DNA of 50,432 bases from a virus (Duplodnaviria; Caudoviricetes): positions 1 to 50,432 of the IMG/VR virus record IMGVR_UViG_3300047388_000082. One strand, written 5' to 3'. Every line of letters starts with the position of its first letter. The first letter of the stretch is position 1. Both the position numbers and the translations under genes were made by a program. The notes beneath the pieces are model-generated. The model did no database searches, was not told the DNA's origin, and saw only the letters and a list, made by a program, of their open reading frames with translations. This document shows, piece by piece, positions 34,782-46,000 of the stretch.

Positions 34782-36011
34782 ATGGCTGTAGGGGCGTCAA
34801 TCGCCACCCTCGGCAGCATCCTCAAGGAGTTCTACCTCCCGCCTGTCGTGGAGCAGCTGAACAACGAGCTGCTTCTCTTCACGCGGCTGGAGAAGTCCAG
34901 TGAAGAGCTGCGGGGAATCGAGGCATACGTGCCTCTCCACACCACGCGTTCGGGCGGAATTGGTCCGGCTGCTGATGGTGTTGCACTTCCGGCTGCAGGG
35001 TCGCAGGCCTACAACAAGGCCGTCTACGACCTCAAGCCGCAGTACGGCCGTCTGCGCGTGACGGGTCTCGCAATGGAGAAGACCGCGAAGGACAGCGGTG
35101 CATTCCTGCAGGCCCTCAAGGGCGAGATCGACGGACTTCGGTCCGACCTTCGTCGCGACCTTGCTCGCCAGACCTACGGTGATGGCACCGGCAACATCGC
35201 CCAGTGCGGTGTGACGTCGGCGGCCAACATCGTCGTCCTGAACAACAAGGAAGCGATCCGCAAGGGCTGGATCTACATCGGCATGGTGGTCGACATCGGT
35301 ACCGTCGCTGACGGTCGCGCAATCGCGACTGCACGCAACGTGACCGACGTCTCGGTCGCCAACACCACGATCACGATCGACGGTGCAGTGGTTACGACCA
35401 CGGGTTCGCACTTCGTCTCGCGTTCGGGTGCCGAGCTCGCGACTACGGGTGGCGCTGTCGCTGCCGGTGAAATCGGTGGGCTCCAGCTGCTCGTTTCGGC
35501 TGCTGCCAACACGGTCGGCGGGATCAACGCCGCTGGTGCTGGTAACGGCTTCTGGGACAACCTGCGCGACACCACCACGTCGACCCTGACGTCGGACGCG
35601 CTGGTCCAGAACATGAACCAGGTCAACATCGCAGGTGGCGATCTCTCTCTGATGATCTCCTCCTACGGTATGCAGCGCAAGCTGTTCGGGCTGCTGCAGT
35701 CGCAGGTCCGGTACGTCGATCCGATGACGATCGAGGGTGGCTTCAAGACCCTTGACTTCAACGGCAAGCCGTTCACCGCTGACCGCGATGCCCCGTTCGG
35801 CAAGATCTACCTGCTGGACGAGAGCAAGATCAAGGTCTTCCGCAACCAGGACTGGCACTTCCTGGAGGAGGACGGCGACGTGCTCAAGTGGGTTGTCGGC
35901 TTCGACGCATGGGAGGCTGTGCTCGCGCAGTACGTGAACTTCGGTATCACGAGGCGCAACACGCAGCTGGTCATGACGAACCTGGCCGGTGACGACCCGA
36001 ACGGCTTCTAA
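34782..36011 (+). CDS. Major capsid protein
   Basis: 409 aa after scaffold; HK97-like C-terminal pattern; highly biased codons; followed by a hairpin. Confidence 0.9.
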   Translation: MAVGASIATLGSILKEFYLPPVVEQLNNELLLFTRLEKSSEELRGIEAYVPLHTTRSGGIGPAADGVALPAAGSQAYNKAVYDLKPQYGRLRVTGLAMEKTAKDSGAFLQALKGEIDGLRSDLRRDLARQTYGDGTGNIAQCGVTSAANIVVLNNKEAIRKGWIYIGMVVDIGTVADGRAIATARNVTDVSVANTTITIDGAVVTTTGSHFVSRSGAELATTGGAVAAGEIGGLQLLVSAAANTVGGINAAGAGNGFWDNLRDTTTSTLTSDALVQNMNQVNIAGGDLSLMISSYGMQRKLFGLLQSQVRYVDPMTIEGGFKTLDFNGKPFTADRDAPFGKIYLLDESKIKVFRNQDWHFLEEDGDVLKWVVGFDAWEAVLAQYVNFGITRRNTQLVMTNLAGDDPNGF

Positions 36012-36038
36012 GCCTAGCTTAGAGATCGCTCAAGCCTC

Positions 36039-36064
36039 TGGGGGCGTGGCTCAAACGCCCCCAC
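36039..36064 (+). terminator. Hairpin after the capsid gene
   Basis: TGGGGGCGT-GGCTCAA-ACGCCCCCA. Confidence 0.6.
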
Positions 36065-36083
36065 TCATCTTCTAAGGAGGGAA

Positions 36084-36524
36084 ATGCCAGCTGGTATCAG
36101 CAACATCTGGCTCCCTGGTCGTGGACTCACCGACCTTGCGGAGCGCAGGGCGGACGAGTTCGCACAGGAGTACGACGAGAACCTCCGCTTCGGACGCAAC
36201 GGGGACACAGGTCAGTACTGCGTCTTCCTGATCAGGCGCGGGCACGATCCGCTGCCGATCCTGGGCTTCGATGAAGTCCCGTCCAACGACTACCTCGCTC
36301 GCAGGCTCTACCAGGCTGACGCCCAGAGGCGCGGCGAAGAGATCCTCGACGAGATGAATCGCTCCAACGAAAGTCTAGAGAACGCCGGTTTGACCGACGC
36401 GGATGACGCTGCCGGGACGCTGGCCGAAGGATTCGAGTGGCTGATGCGCACTCAAGGACAGACCTCGCACAAGCGCGAGTACATGGGCAACCGACGCAAG
36501 AACCAGATGGGAGGCTATTCGTGA
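36084..36524 (+). CDS. Hypothetical protein
   Basis: AAGGAGG RBS; ORF track. Confidence 0.8.
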   Translation: MPAGISNIWLPGRGLTDLAERRADEFAQEYDENLRFGRNGDTGQYCVFLIRRGHDPLPILGFDEVPSNDYLARRLYQADAQRRGEEILDEMNRSNESLENAGLTDADDAAGTLAEGFEWLMRTQGQTSHKREYMGNRRKNQMGGYS

Positions 36525-36985
36525 TCGATCCTCGTATGCAGAAGTTGATCTCGGCCCTCTCAGGCGGGCGCGGAGGGGTTGGCGGTGTCAAGGGTGGTGT
36601 AGGCGGACGTGGTGGCGCTGGAGTTGGTAGCGGCCTGGGTTCGTATGGCGCTTCCTCTTCCCCGTACGGAGCAGGCGGCATGTTCTCAGCGCCCATCTCC
36701 TTCAACCCGTTCGGCGCACAGAGTGCTGCTGGCTTCCAGGGTTTGCTCGGTCCCTCACAGGGTGGCGGCGATGCCGCTGCTGCTGTAGCTACTCCCCCGA
36801 GTGTTGGCGGTGACCAGGCCCAGCCTGACGCCCCCGCAGCTCCTACCTTCTACGGTTCTGCAGGCGACGCGCAGCCGGCTTCTCCTTGGATGAGCCCGCC
36901 CGCAGCATCGCAGTCTGGTGGAGTACCGGGTCAGTCACCGCAGGACATCCTTGGTCGCATCCTGTCTATGGGTCGCCAGCTCTAA
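36521..36985 (+). CDS. Gly/Pro/Ala-rich low-complexity protein
   Basis: GGGAGG RBS + GTG (GTGA overlap). Confidence 0.65.
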   Translation: MIDPRMQKLISALSGGRGGVGGVKGGVGGRGGAGVGSGLGSYGASSSPYGAGGMFSAPISFNPFGAQSAAGFQGLLGPSQGGGDAAAAVATPPSVGGDQAQPDAPAAPTFYGSAGDAQPASPWMSPPAASQSGGVPGQSPQDILGRILSMGRQL

Positions 36986-37644
36986 TGGCGTCTCCCGCAG
37001 ACATCCTCTCGGAGATCGACGACCACGGGTTCGCCGACACGAGCTCGACCCGCAAGATGGGCGTCCTCAACGACACCATCGCGGACGTCTGCTCGAGGGA
37101 GCCTTGGCCTTTCCTGGAGAAGGAAGTGCTTCTAGCCTTCGACGGCCTCGTCGCTGCTCCGACCAACCTCCCCGCTGACTTCTCGAAAGTCCTCGGGATG
37201 CAGGACACGATCGCTAACCAGCCTGTTGCATTCGAGCGGTGGGAGATCGTCCGGAAGCGGTACGGGACCAACGTCACGAGTCTAGGCGTAGGCGGACCAA
37301 TCTACTACTACTTCACGGCAGGTCGCCCGCGCATCTATCCGGTGCCGTCTGTCACGCAGACGATCCAGATGGAGTACGTCAGTTACCACCCGACGGTTCT
37401 CCAGTCTGACCCGGAGGCATCGATCCTCATCCCCGCCCGCCACTCACGTGTGCTGGTGCTGGGGGCGCTCTACAAGCTCTACAGCATGGAAGACGATCCC
37501 GAGCTCTCGCAGGTCTTCGAGGCCGAGTACGAGAAGCGGATCGGAATGATGCGCGAGGACTTGATCCGCGTGCAGTACGACAGTCCCGATCACATCTACG
37601 TGACCGACGAGGACTACTACGACGACATGCCCTGGCTCTACTAG
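36985..37644 (+). CDS. Head-tail adaptor / tail tubular protein A-like
   Basis: PWPFLEKE, LPADF, IYPVP patterns; position before nozzle. Confidence 0.75.
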   Translation: MASPADILSEIDDHGFADTSSTRKMGVLNDTIADVCSREPWPFLEKEVLLAFDGLVAAPTNLPADFSKVLGMQDTIANQPVAFERWEIVRKRYGTNVTSLGVGGPIYYYFTAGRPRIYPVPSVTQTIQMEYVSYHPTVLQSDPEASILIPARHSRVLVLGALYKLYSMEDDPELSQVFEAEYEKRIGMMREDLIRVQYDSPDHIYVTDEDYYDDMPWLY

Positions 37645-37654
37645 GAGGTGACAC

Positions 37655-39817
37655 TTGCCGATTCTGACTGACACGTTTGAAGGAACACCTGGCGGAATGA
37701 ATCTGGCAGTCGCCTCCCAGGAGCTCGATGACACTGAGTGTGAGTACGCGCAGGACATCCTCTTCAACAAGATCGGGACGCTCTACATGCGCGGCCCTGT
37801 GCAGGCCATCTCGGCTGTAGCTACTACGCCGAAGCCCGCCACTGGTCTCGTCCAGACGCTCGACCCGAACGGCACCAGTCGCTTCGCAGTCCTCTACGGA
37901 GACACTGGCTCGTCGGTCTTCGGTGCGCTCGACTCTGGTCTTGCCACCATCACGGCGCTGGGCTGGAACGGCACGCTGCCGACTGGCCCGCCCTCGAACC
38001 CCTACTACATCGTGGACTCCAAGTCCGCGCTGAATGGTGGGAGCTGGGTCGGCACGAGCTCGCAGTACGACGCCAATGCTCCGGTGCAGAGTCTAGCCCT
38101 GTGGAAGGGCGGCAACAAAGCCGACTACAGCACGGGCACGATCTCAGTCACTAGAGGAGGCACCGTTGTCACAGGCGCCGGAACTACCTGGACTGGAAAC
38201 GTGGTGGCTGGCGAGTTCCTCTTCGCAACCACGGACGACGGCTACACCCTCACCTTTGTCGGAACAGTGCAGTCGGTCGACTCCAGCACGCAGATCACGC
38301 TGGTCGATCCTTCACCTTATCCGGCTACTGCCAAGGCCTACAAGTGCACGAGTCTCCGGGGTTTCTGTCCTCGTGTGGGTGTGGGGAAGATCACCTGCTC
38401 GACAGGCTCAGCGACCGTAAACGGCGGCGCTACCAAGTTCTCCACGCAGAAGCTCAACACCAACACGTGGAACATCTACAAGGCGGCGGACTGGACGTGG
38501 GTCGGGAAGGTAAGCGCAGTCACCTCCGACATCCAGCTGACACTCGCTGCCAACGCGGCTGTCGCCATGAACAACGAGGCGTACATCGCGCTCCAGGCGG
38601 ACGGCGACTGGTCGATCAATTCCCAGGCCGTAGCCAACAAGAAGATGGGCTTCCTCAACGCGACCTACGCGGGAAGGCAATGGTACGCGAACCTCGGACA
38701 GAAGTTCGCCTACACCACGACGGTGTGGTTCTCGGACCCCAACGATCCCGAGGTCGTCGACCTCTCGACCTACAACGGTAACTTCCTCCCGATCGGTTCC
38801 TCGACGGGGGCGAACACCCCGATCAAGGCGATCATGCCTTCCTTCAACGCCCTGCTGGTCATCAAGGACAACGAGACCTACGGCATCTACGGAACCTCAC
38901 CCTCCAACTTCTCACCGAAGAAGATCGAGGACGACGGGACGCTCGGCGGTATGTCCGTGCAGTCCTACGGAGGTGGAGTCGTGTGGGCCGGTAGGAACGG
39001 CATCTACTTCTACGACGGAGTGAAGTCGAACAACCTCACGAAGGACAAGCTCGGCGCGTACTACAAGAACGCGATCAAGTCCTTCGACCCCACCAAGTAC
39101 CGGCTGTGGTCGATGCTGATCCGGAACCACTACTTCCTCTTCTTGGAGTCAGTGGCTCCCACGTATGCAGTCGTCAAGGGCTCGGTCTCCGTGACCCCGA
39201 CCCGCTACTGCATCACGGTCGATCTCGACTCGGGTGCTGTCTCGACACACACCAACGTGAACCTTCGTGGCTCAATCGTCCTCCCTGCTTCGACGGGGCA
39301 GACGACCTGGTACATCGTCAACAACACGACGACTGGATTCATCTGCGACGCCGGTACTCTCTTCGATTCAACTGGACGAGACGCGATCACTTGCGACGGT
39401 GGCACGGCTGGTCCTGATCCGTACTGGGTCTCGAAGAAGTACAAGGCGGGAGACTCGCTTCGCAAAAAGCTCTTCAAGCAGATAGCCGCTGAGTACCTCG
39501 CAGCTGGTGGAGCTCTCAAGCTGGACACGGTGGTCGGGCTGAACAACGTCGGGGCTACGAGCCTCACGCAGTTCCCCGCCACGGTCTACACGTGGGATCA
39601 ACTCCCGGCAGTAGCCGTGAACTGGGACACACTCGCTTCCCTCTATCCGACCTGGGACCAGATCGTCCAGAGCGTGTTCAAGCCGAAGAGGATCAAGTTC
39701 CTCAAGCGGACACAGCACTTGGCGTTCCGGATCTACGCGGCGGATACCAACCTGACGCAGATGGTGATCGGGCCCTTCCAGCTCGGCTACAAGCTGCAGT
39801 CGATCGGAAGGATCTAG
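37655..39817 (+). CDS. Tail nozzle/hub (P22 gp10 / T7 gp12-like beta-propeller)
   Basis: GGMN start motif, VWFSDPNDP, GIYFYDG; 720 aa. Confidence 0.75.
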   Translation: MPILTDTFEGTPGGMNLAVASQELDDTECEYAQDILFNKIGTLYMRGPVQAISAVATTPKPATGLVQTLDPNGTSRFAVLYGDTGSSVFGALDSGLATITALGWNGTLPTGPPSNPYYIVDSKSALNGGSWVGTSSQYDANAPVQSLALWKGGNKADYSTGTISVTRGGTVVTGAGTTWTGNVVAGEFLFATTDDGYTLTFVGTVQSVDSSTQITLVDPSPYPATAKAYKCTSLRGFCPRVGVGKITCSTGSATVNGGATKFSTQKLNTNTWNIYKAADWTWVGKVSAVTSDIQLTLAANAAVAMNNEAYIALQADGDWSINSQAVANKKMGFLNATYAGRQWYANLGQKFAYTTTVWFSDPNDPEVVDLSTYNGNFLPIGSSTGANTPIKAIMPSFNALLVIKDNETYGIYGTSPSNFSPKKIEDDGTLGGMSVQSYGGGVVWAGRNGIYFYDGVKSNNLTKDKLGAYYKNAIKSFDPTKYRLWSMLIRNHYFLFLESVAPTYAVVKGSVSVTPTRYCITVDLDSGAVSTHTNVNLRGSIVLPASTGQTTWYIVNNTTTGFICDAGTLFDSTGRDAITCDGGTAGPDPYWVSKKYKAGDSLRKKLFKQIAAEYLAAGGALKLDTVVGLNNVGATSLTQFPATVYTWDQLPAVAVNWDTLASLYPTWDQIVQSVFKPKRIKFLKRTQHLAFRIYAADTNLTQMVIGPFQLGYKLQSIGRI

Positions 39818-40101
39818 TGGCTGCGCAGTCTATCGGCGACTGGAACACAACTGATCTAACGAAGTTCGTACAAGCCCTGACTCGAGAAGACGAGACGGTA
39901 GGGAACCTCGGAAGAGGAACTGACTCCTTCACCGTCGCCAACAAGTTGGTGGTGGCGAATGAGTTCCAGATCCTCCAGTACGCAAGCACCGTGGGAGCGG
40001 CGGGCGCAGCTTCGGCTCTGCCTGCCACTCCTTACCAGTACTTGAAAGTCACGGCCCCTGATGGGTCGGTCAAGCAATTCCCAATCTACAACACGGCCTA
40101 A
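39817..40101 (+). CDS. Small tail protein
   Basis: TAGTG coupling; C-terminus similar to 27514-27699. Confidence 0.65.
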   Translation: MAAQSIGDWNTTDLTKFVQALTREDETVGNLGRGTDSFTVANKLVVANEFQILQYASTVGAAGAASALPATPYQYLKVTAPDGSVKQFPIYNTA

Positions 40102-40116
40102 TGGAGGTGAGCGACC

Positions 40117-40929
40117 TTGGCAGTTGACGCAACTGGAACACCGACTAGCCCCGATTCAATCCCGACGTACAACACGGCGGCGGACGCTCCTTCCGGCAAG
40201 GGTCTGAACAACATCGTGGCTGCGCTGCAGACTGCGCTGTCGGCACGGATCCCGAAGACGCTCACCACGACAACTGGTGACCTCATCTATGCCTCAGCTC
40301 CGAACACGCCTGCTCGTCTAGGCGTCGGATCTAACGGCCAGGCCCTTGTGGTCGCTGGTGGTGTCCCCTCGTGGGGCGCAGCTGGAGCGGTTACCTCGAA
40401 GTACACGACACTCATCGACGTCGTGAACACGGCATCTGCGACGGACATTCTCCAGGCGGCTGGGTATTCCGTGCCCGGAAACACCCTTGGTGCGAGCGGC
40501 ACGCTGCGGTTCAAGATCGCGGGTGACTGGCGCAACAACACGGGTGGAACCGTCCAGGCTCCGGGGATCAAGTTGATCTTCGGTGGTACGACACTCTTCG
40601 ATTCAGGCCTCGGTGCCAACTCGATGGCGACGAACGCCCTCTTCTCCCCGTGGGTCATCGAGGGGATCGTTCAGAACATGGGCGCGACGAACTCGCAGTG
40701 GGCACACATCTGGGGCTACCTGGGTGGCAACCCGGCTGCTGTTACTGGCCTCGGTCGTCCGTTCTGGGACGCGGGGGCGGGAATCACGGAAGTCCTACTT
40801 GGATCAACATCGGCGGCAGCGGCGCTCGACACCACACTGGCGAAGACACTCCAGGTGCAGGTCTCCCTCGCTACTGCGAGCGTGAACCACGAGTTCCGGG
40901 CTAGGTACTCGATTGTCGAGGTCTTCTAA
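40117..40929 (+). CDS. Tail fibre/spike protein
   Basis: TTTGDLIYA...RLGVGSNGQALVVAGGVPSW fibre motif. Confidence 0.75.
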   Translation: MAVDATGTPTSPDSIPTYNTAADAPSGKGLNNIVAALQTALSARIPKTLTTTTGDLIYASAPNTPARLGVGSNGQALVVAGGVPSWGAAGAVTSKYTTLIDVVNTASATDILQAAGYSVPGNTLGASGTLRFKIAGDWRNNTGGTVQAPGIKLIFGGTTLFDSGLGANSMATNALFSPWVIEGIVQNMGATNSQWAHIWGYLGGNPAAVTGLGRPFWDAGAGITEVLLGSTSAAAALDTTLAKTLQVQVSLATASVNHEFRARYSIVEVF

Positions 40930-41673
40930 GTGCCAGTTCAAGGGCAGGACGACAGGACGTTCAGCAACGCTGGTTCAGCGGTCAACGCGTCCAGCGGTGG
41001 CTCCTCTACCGGAGGCGACCAGACACCCGACACCTCGAACACGATCCCGGACTACGGGAACATCTACGGGGATCGGAGCGCAGAAGCCAACAGGGCCTTC
41101 GAGACCGCCAAGACGAACATCGCTGCGAAGCGGAGCTCGATCTTCAACCAGTACGGCTACAACGAGGACGGCACGGTCAACGGCAACAACCCGCTTGGTC
41201 TCTACCAGCAGGATCGCCGGAACGACGCCCTCGAGCTCCAGGGTGCACAGGACACTGCGCTGGATCGTGGCCTCGGACTGCAAGGTCTAGGCGCTCAGGT
41301 TGCAGACGCCCCCCGCTACGGCGAGGACGTCAACGCGGCCAACATGATCAGCAACTACACCAACTCGATCCACGGCACGGACATGGACCTGCAGAACGCA
41401 ATCGCGACGCACAGTGGTGCGCTCCTCGATGCGCGGCAGGCCGAGCTCGACAACGCCATCGCTAACGGATGGATGCCGGACGGAGCGGTTGATGATGGTG
41501 GCGGAGTCAAGGCTCCTCAGCAGGCGTCGGCACCTTCGGCGAATGCCAAGTCCACGGCGAAGCGTCTCGCGGCCGCCAACAAGGGACAAGCACCGAACAA
41601 CAAGTCCGGCCCGCTCGGGATCGGAAAACCAGCGCCAGCTAAGAAGCCGGCACCTTACCTAGGGAGACACTGA
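40930..41673 (+). CDS. Putative internal virion (ejection) protein
   Basis: G/A/N/Q-rich helical protein in the post-tail block. Confidence 0.6.
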   Translation: MPVQGQDDRTFSNAGSAVNASSGGSSTGGDQTPDTSNTIPDYGNIYGDRSAEANRAFETAKTNIAAKRSSIFNQYGYNEDGTVNGNNPLGLYQQDRRNDALELQGAQDTALDRGLGLQGLGAQVADAPRYGEDVNAANMISNYTNSIHGTDMDLQNAIATHSGALLDARQAELDNAIANGWMPDGAVDDGGGVKAPQQASAPSANAKSTAKRLAAANKGQAPNNKSGPLGIGKPAPAKKPAPYLGRH

Positions 41674-43076
41674 TGCCGGCACCGCCTAGTCCAGGCATTC
41701 CGAGGTCTGTGAGCTACCCCGGTGTTACGTATCCCACGGGCGCTGACCACTCGATGGATGTTCCGCAACCGGCTCCTATGAACAGAGGCACCCCGATCCC
41801 TGTCCCTCAGACGGTGGCGCAGAAGCAGGCGCTCCTTCTCAAGTACGGGTTCCACGTGGCTCAGGACGGAGTAGCAGGCCCTCAGACCAGCACTGCCTGG
41901 AACGCCTTCATCAAGGGCATTCACGGCAACGCTTGGAACGAGGCGTGGTCGAAGAACCACAATGCACGAACACCTGCCCCGACTCCTCCGCACGACACGA
42001 CGGGCGTCAATCCTCCGGGAACGACTCCTCCGCCTGGTCGCACACCGGCTGGAACCACGCCCTCACCTGATGGCACCGACATCTTCGATCTCTCGGGGAT
42101 GGAGCACATGATCAACCCGGAGGCTTCTGCGCACGCTGCGGCGAACGCGCAGTACGACCCCCAGATCAACACGCTCACTCGAGCTCAGGCTGCCGCTGCT
42201 GTCCAGCAGAAGGCTGACCAGGGCAACCTGGCGAGTTGGTACAAGTCGCTGATCGGAGAGACGGGCGATGCCCACGACTCCGACCTCGCTGACTACCAGG
42301 CCCTTATGGGTACGGCAGGGGACGTCACCAAGGGTGCTGTCGACAGTCTAGGCGGTTCGGCTTCGGCCGCTGCTGCACAGGCAGGCGCACTCGGGCAGAT
42401 CGGCTCCAACGAGCTCGGCGGCATCAGCCTGGCGAACCTCGGGGACATGAACGCCCGCAAGGTGAACTACGGCAAGGAAGGCGTCGGCCAGCGGATCCTT
42501 AGCAGGCAGGCCTTCGACACGGCTACCAGGGACAACGCCGGCAAGGTCGCTGACCTGCAGGGCGCCAAGGGTAACGCCTTCGTCGGAGATCGCGACGCCG
42601 CCTACAACACGCTCGCCTCCCAGCAGAAGAACCTCATGAACGCCAAGATCGCGCAGGCTCTCGCTGGACCGCAGTTGAAGGCTGCAGAGTTGGGCAACAA
42701 GGCGACTCAGCAGAACATCGACATCAACGCGTGGCGGCAGAAGATGGGCATCAAGCTCGCGGCCCAGGGCGGCAACGCTGGCTCCGTTCCAGAGTTCACG
42801 AAGCAGAATCCTGGTGACCTGACCAAGCTCGGCTACACGTTGCTCCAGGGGTCACTTGGGCCGAAGGGCAACTTCAATGCAAGTCCGGTCGACATCTACC
42901 AGAAGATGAGCGCAACGCTCTCCTCACTCTCCTACGGGAAGTGGGACCCCTCGGTGAACCCTGCGGCTAAGGCGTTCCTAATCAGTACGGTCAACGCGCA
43001 TCTCGCAGCGTGGAACCGCCAGAACCCGCAGAACAAGTTCGCCATCAAGGGCGGAGCGATCGTCCACACAAAGTAA
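41673..43076 (+). CDS. Putative ejection protein with peptidoglycan-binding motif
   Basis: QALLLKYGF...DGVAGPQTSTAW (PG_binding_1-like DGxxGxxT). Confidence 0.7.
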   Translation: MPAPPSPGIPRSVSYPGVTYPTGADHSMDVPQPAPMNRGTPIPVPQTVAQKQALLLKYGFHVAQDGVAGPQTSTAWNAFIKGIHGNAWNEAWSKNHNARTPAPTPPHDTTGVNPPGTTPPPGRTPAGTTPSPDGTDIFDLSGMEHMINPEASAHAAANAQYDPQINTLTRAQAAAAVQQKADQGNLASWYKSLIGETGDAHDSDLADYQALMGTAGDVTKGAVDSLGGSASAAAAQAGALGQIGSNELGGISLANLGDMNARKVNYGKEGVGQRILSRQAFDTATRDNAGKVADLQGAKGNAFVGDRDAAYNTLASQQKNLMNAKIAQALAGPQLKAAELGNKATQQNIDINAWRQKMGIKLAAQGGNAGSVPEFTKQNPGDLTKLGYTLLQGSLGPKGNFNASPVDIYQKMSATLSSLSYGKWDPSVNPAAKAFLISTVNAHLAAWNRQNPQNKFAIKGGAIVHTK

Positions 43077-43087
43077 GGAGGTGAGTA

Positions 43088-46000
43088 GTGGCGTCAAGTA
43101 GTTTCTCTCCGATTCAGCCGTTCCAGTTCACGGCAACGGTCCCTAGGAGTGCGAGCCCGTTTGACTACAAGGCGCCACCGCTTCCTTCTGCACCGAGTGG
43201 TCCTACTCTGAACCAGATGTTGGCTCGGATCACTGCCGCTCACTCCAAACCTCACCGCTCCTTCCTCGGGAATGTGGAGCACGGAGCGAAACTGGCTATC
43301 GACCCGGTGGCCTGGACGTTCGACAAGCTCGAGCGCCCCGCCTATGCCGTCGCTAACGCGGCGGACAAGGGTCTCCAGTACCACCACGTTGACCTCGGTG
43401 CTGCACTACACGGCGCACGCGAGGGATTCATGGGTCGCGAGAAGACCAACTTCGGCGCGATCATGGCTCACCGTGGGATCCTCAACAACCACAAGTATCT
43501 CCGTGGCGCTCTCGGCCTAGCCGCTGACGTCGCGACTGACCCACTCTCCTACACAGGGGCCGGCGTTGCCCGCAAGGCTGCGACAGAGGCTCTGGACAGT
43601 GCTAGCAAGGTTGTCCTTCAAGAGGGAACCGGCTACACAGCCAAGGAGTCTGAGCGTGCAGCTCGCATCGCCAAACTCTCTGATGCACATAAGACTCTGA
43701 GTGCGGGCGGTGAGCAGTTCCAACACCGCGCTGCCCTGGCGAAGTTGGGCGTCGAGCTCAACAGCAAGGTTGCTAGCGGTCAGGCACTTACCGAGGTCGA
43801 TCGCGCTGGTATGAACGTCGCGCGGAACACGGCCAAGGCAGAGATGAAGGCTTTCGACAAGAAGTACTTGAAGATCCGGATCGGTCCCAACTCACGGGGC
43901 GGCATGCGGACCCCTGTCCCGCTGGTAAGCAAGAAGGTCGGCGAGATGGGCATCCCTGGTCTCTCGAAGGTCGCATCAAGTCTCGGCAAGGCATTCAAGC
44001 CTGGCTATGAGGATCCGATCCTTCATGCCCAGCTGCTCGGACGTCGGCACCAAGGTGAGCGTCTTGCCAAGGATTACTTCGGCTTTATCCGTCACAGGTT
44101 CAAGGGACTGGAGAAGCTCAAGCCTGAGGACCAGCGTGCTGTCCTTCACTTCTTCGAGAAGCCGAAAGGCGGCGCTAAGGCTGTCATTCGGAAAGGCGAC
44201 CACTACGTTCTCAATCCGAAGCACATTGAGCGGGCCCGTAAGGCGGGATTCTCGGAAGCGCAACTCGAGTTCGTCCAGGCGATGCATGACACGGCGGAGC
44301 ATTTCGCTGGCAAGCATGCTGAGTACGGTCTCGACATCGCCCACCTCGGGGCGCAAGGAAAACTGTACGTCCCACACATCGTCCAGAAAACTGGCGAGGG
44401 GCTGACGGACGCCCAGCGCAATCTCCTGTCTAAACGCGGGTTTGTCAAAAACCGTGCTCATGACTTGTCGGTCGCCGAGCTCCATGCCCTTCACGAAGGT
44501 GGACGGCTTCCACACGACATCGAGACCAACCCCTTCAATCTCCTGACGATCCATGCTAGGTCGGTGGCTAACCAGCACGCGGATCAGCTGATGGTCAATT
44601 ACATGCGTGATGCCGTAGGTGTCCCAACTAGACTCGTGGACAAGGAAGCTCTCGCAAAGGCGCAGATGACTCGTGCCTCTCTCGAGCACCAGATCGCAGC
44701 GCACCCCGCATTCGACGAGGTAGCACACACGAAGGCGATCAAGGACCTCAAGGTTGCGCACGAGGCTCGCGTCCACCACGAATACAGTGAGACGCTTGCC
44801 CGGAACAACGCCGCGATCAAGGACCACCTCGAGAACCGAGAGTGGAAGCAAACCACACTTGCAACGGTCAAACGTATCAGTCAAAGATCGGTAGCCGCGC
44901 AGGCGAAGTTGTCCGAGGATGTTAAGGCGATCCGCGAAGAGCGGAACCCTGGCCTCCTCAAGGATCTGAACCCGCTCAAGGCCTCGAAGGTCGAGCAGGG
45001 GAAGAACCTTTCCACGCTGGAGAAGCGTCTCTCTACCGCCATGAGGGCGGAGAAGGACGTGATGAAGGGGAGCAAGAACCCCGCCGTCAACTCCGAGACC
45101 ATGCGGACGATCGAGAACAAGACCCTGCGCGACGAGCACGGACACAAGTACGCGTTCCCACACCAGGTGGCCGACAGTCTAGAGCGGCTGCACAAGGTGA
45201 TGGACGGCGACGAGGCAACCCTCAACGCCTTCTCCAACGGGTACCGCAAGTGGCTCGGGAAGTGGAAGGTTGCGGTGACGACGGTGAACCCGTCCTACGG
45301 CGTCCGCAACACCCTCTCGGACTACTGGAACATGTACCTGTCCGGAGTCCCGCTCCACGCCATGCCCGTCTACGGGGCCAAGGCTGCACACCTCATGTCG
45401 CTCGCGGCTAAGGGCGACAAGCTGGCGGTCTCCAAGATGCTCGACGCCTACGACTCAGGCATCCTCTCGGGCCTCTTCTCAGGCGACATCAAGCAGGTAG
45501 CGAACTACCTCGAGCAGGGGAGCACCGTCAAGACCCTGGCTCAGAAGGGGCGGTTCATCAAGGCTGCCTCGAAGATGTCACAGGAGATCAACGCGCACCG
45601 TGAGAACTGGGGCCGGCTCACACACTACCTCTACCGGCTCGACCAAGGCAAGAGCGTGTCGGATGCGGCTGACCTGGTAAAGGAAGCCCACTTCGACTAC
45701 GAGGACCTGACGCCCTTCGAGCAGAAGCGGATGAAGGTGATCGCACCGTTCTACACGTGGTCACGGAAGAACATCCCGTTCCAGATCAAGGCGCTCGTGG
45801 AGCACCCCGGTCAGATGGCCGCCTTCCCGCAGTTCGGGTCGGAGGCTGCACAGGCCAGCGGTGCCAAGCCTGGGGACATCGTTCCGCCCTACATGGAGCA
45901 GAACATGGCCCTCAAGTTCGGCGGGAAGTACTTCAACCCAATGATCGGCATCACGGACCTACAGAACGCAGTCCACCCGATGCAGCTGGCGAGCAACCTC

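Noticed and set aside
34797-35858. Long antisense ORFs opposite the capsid gene and other genes
   Set aside because: Shadow frames caused by strong third-position GC bias
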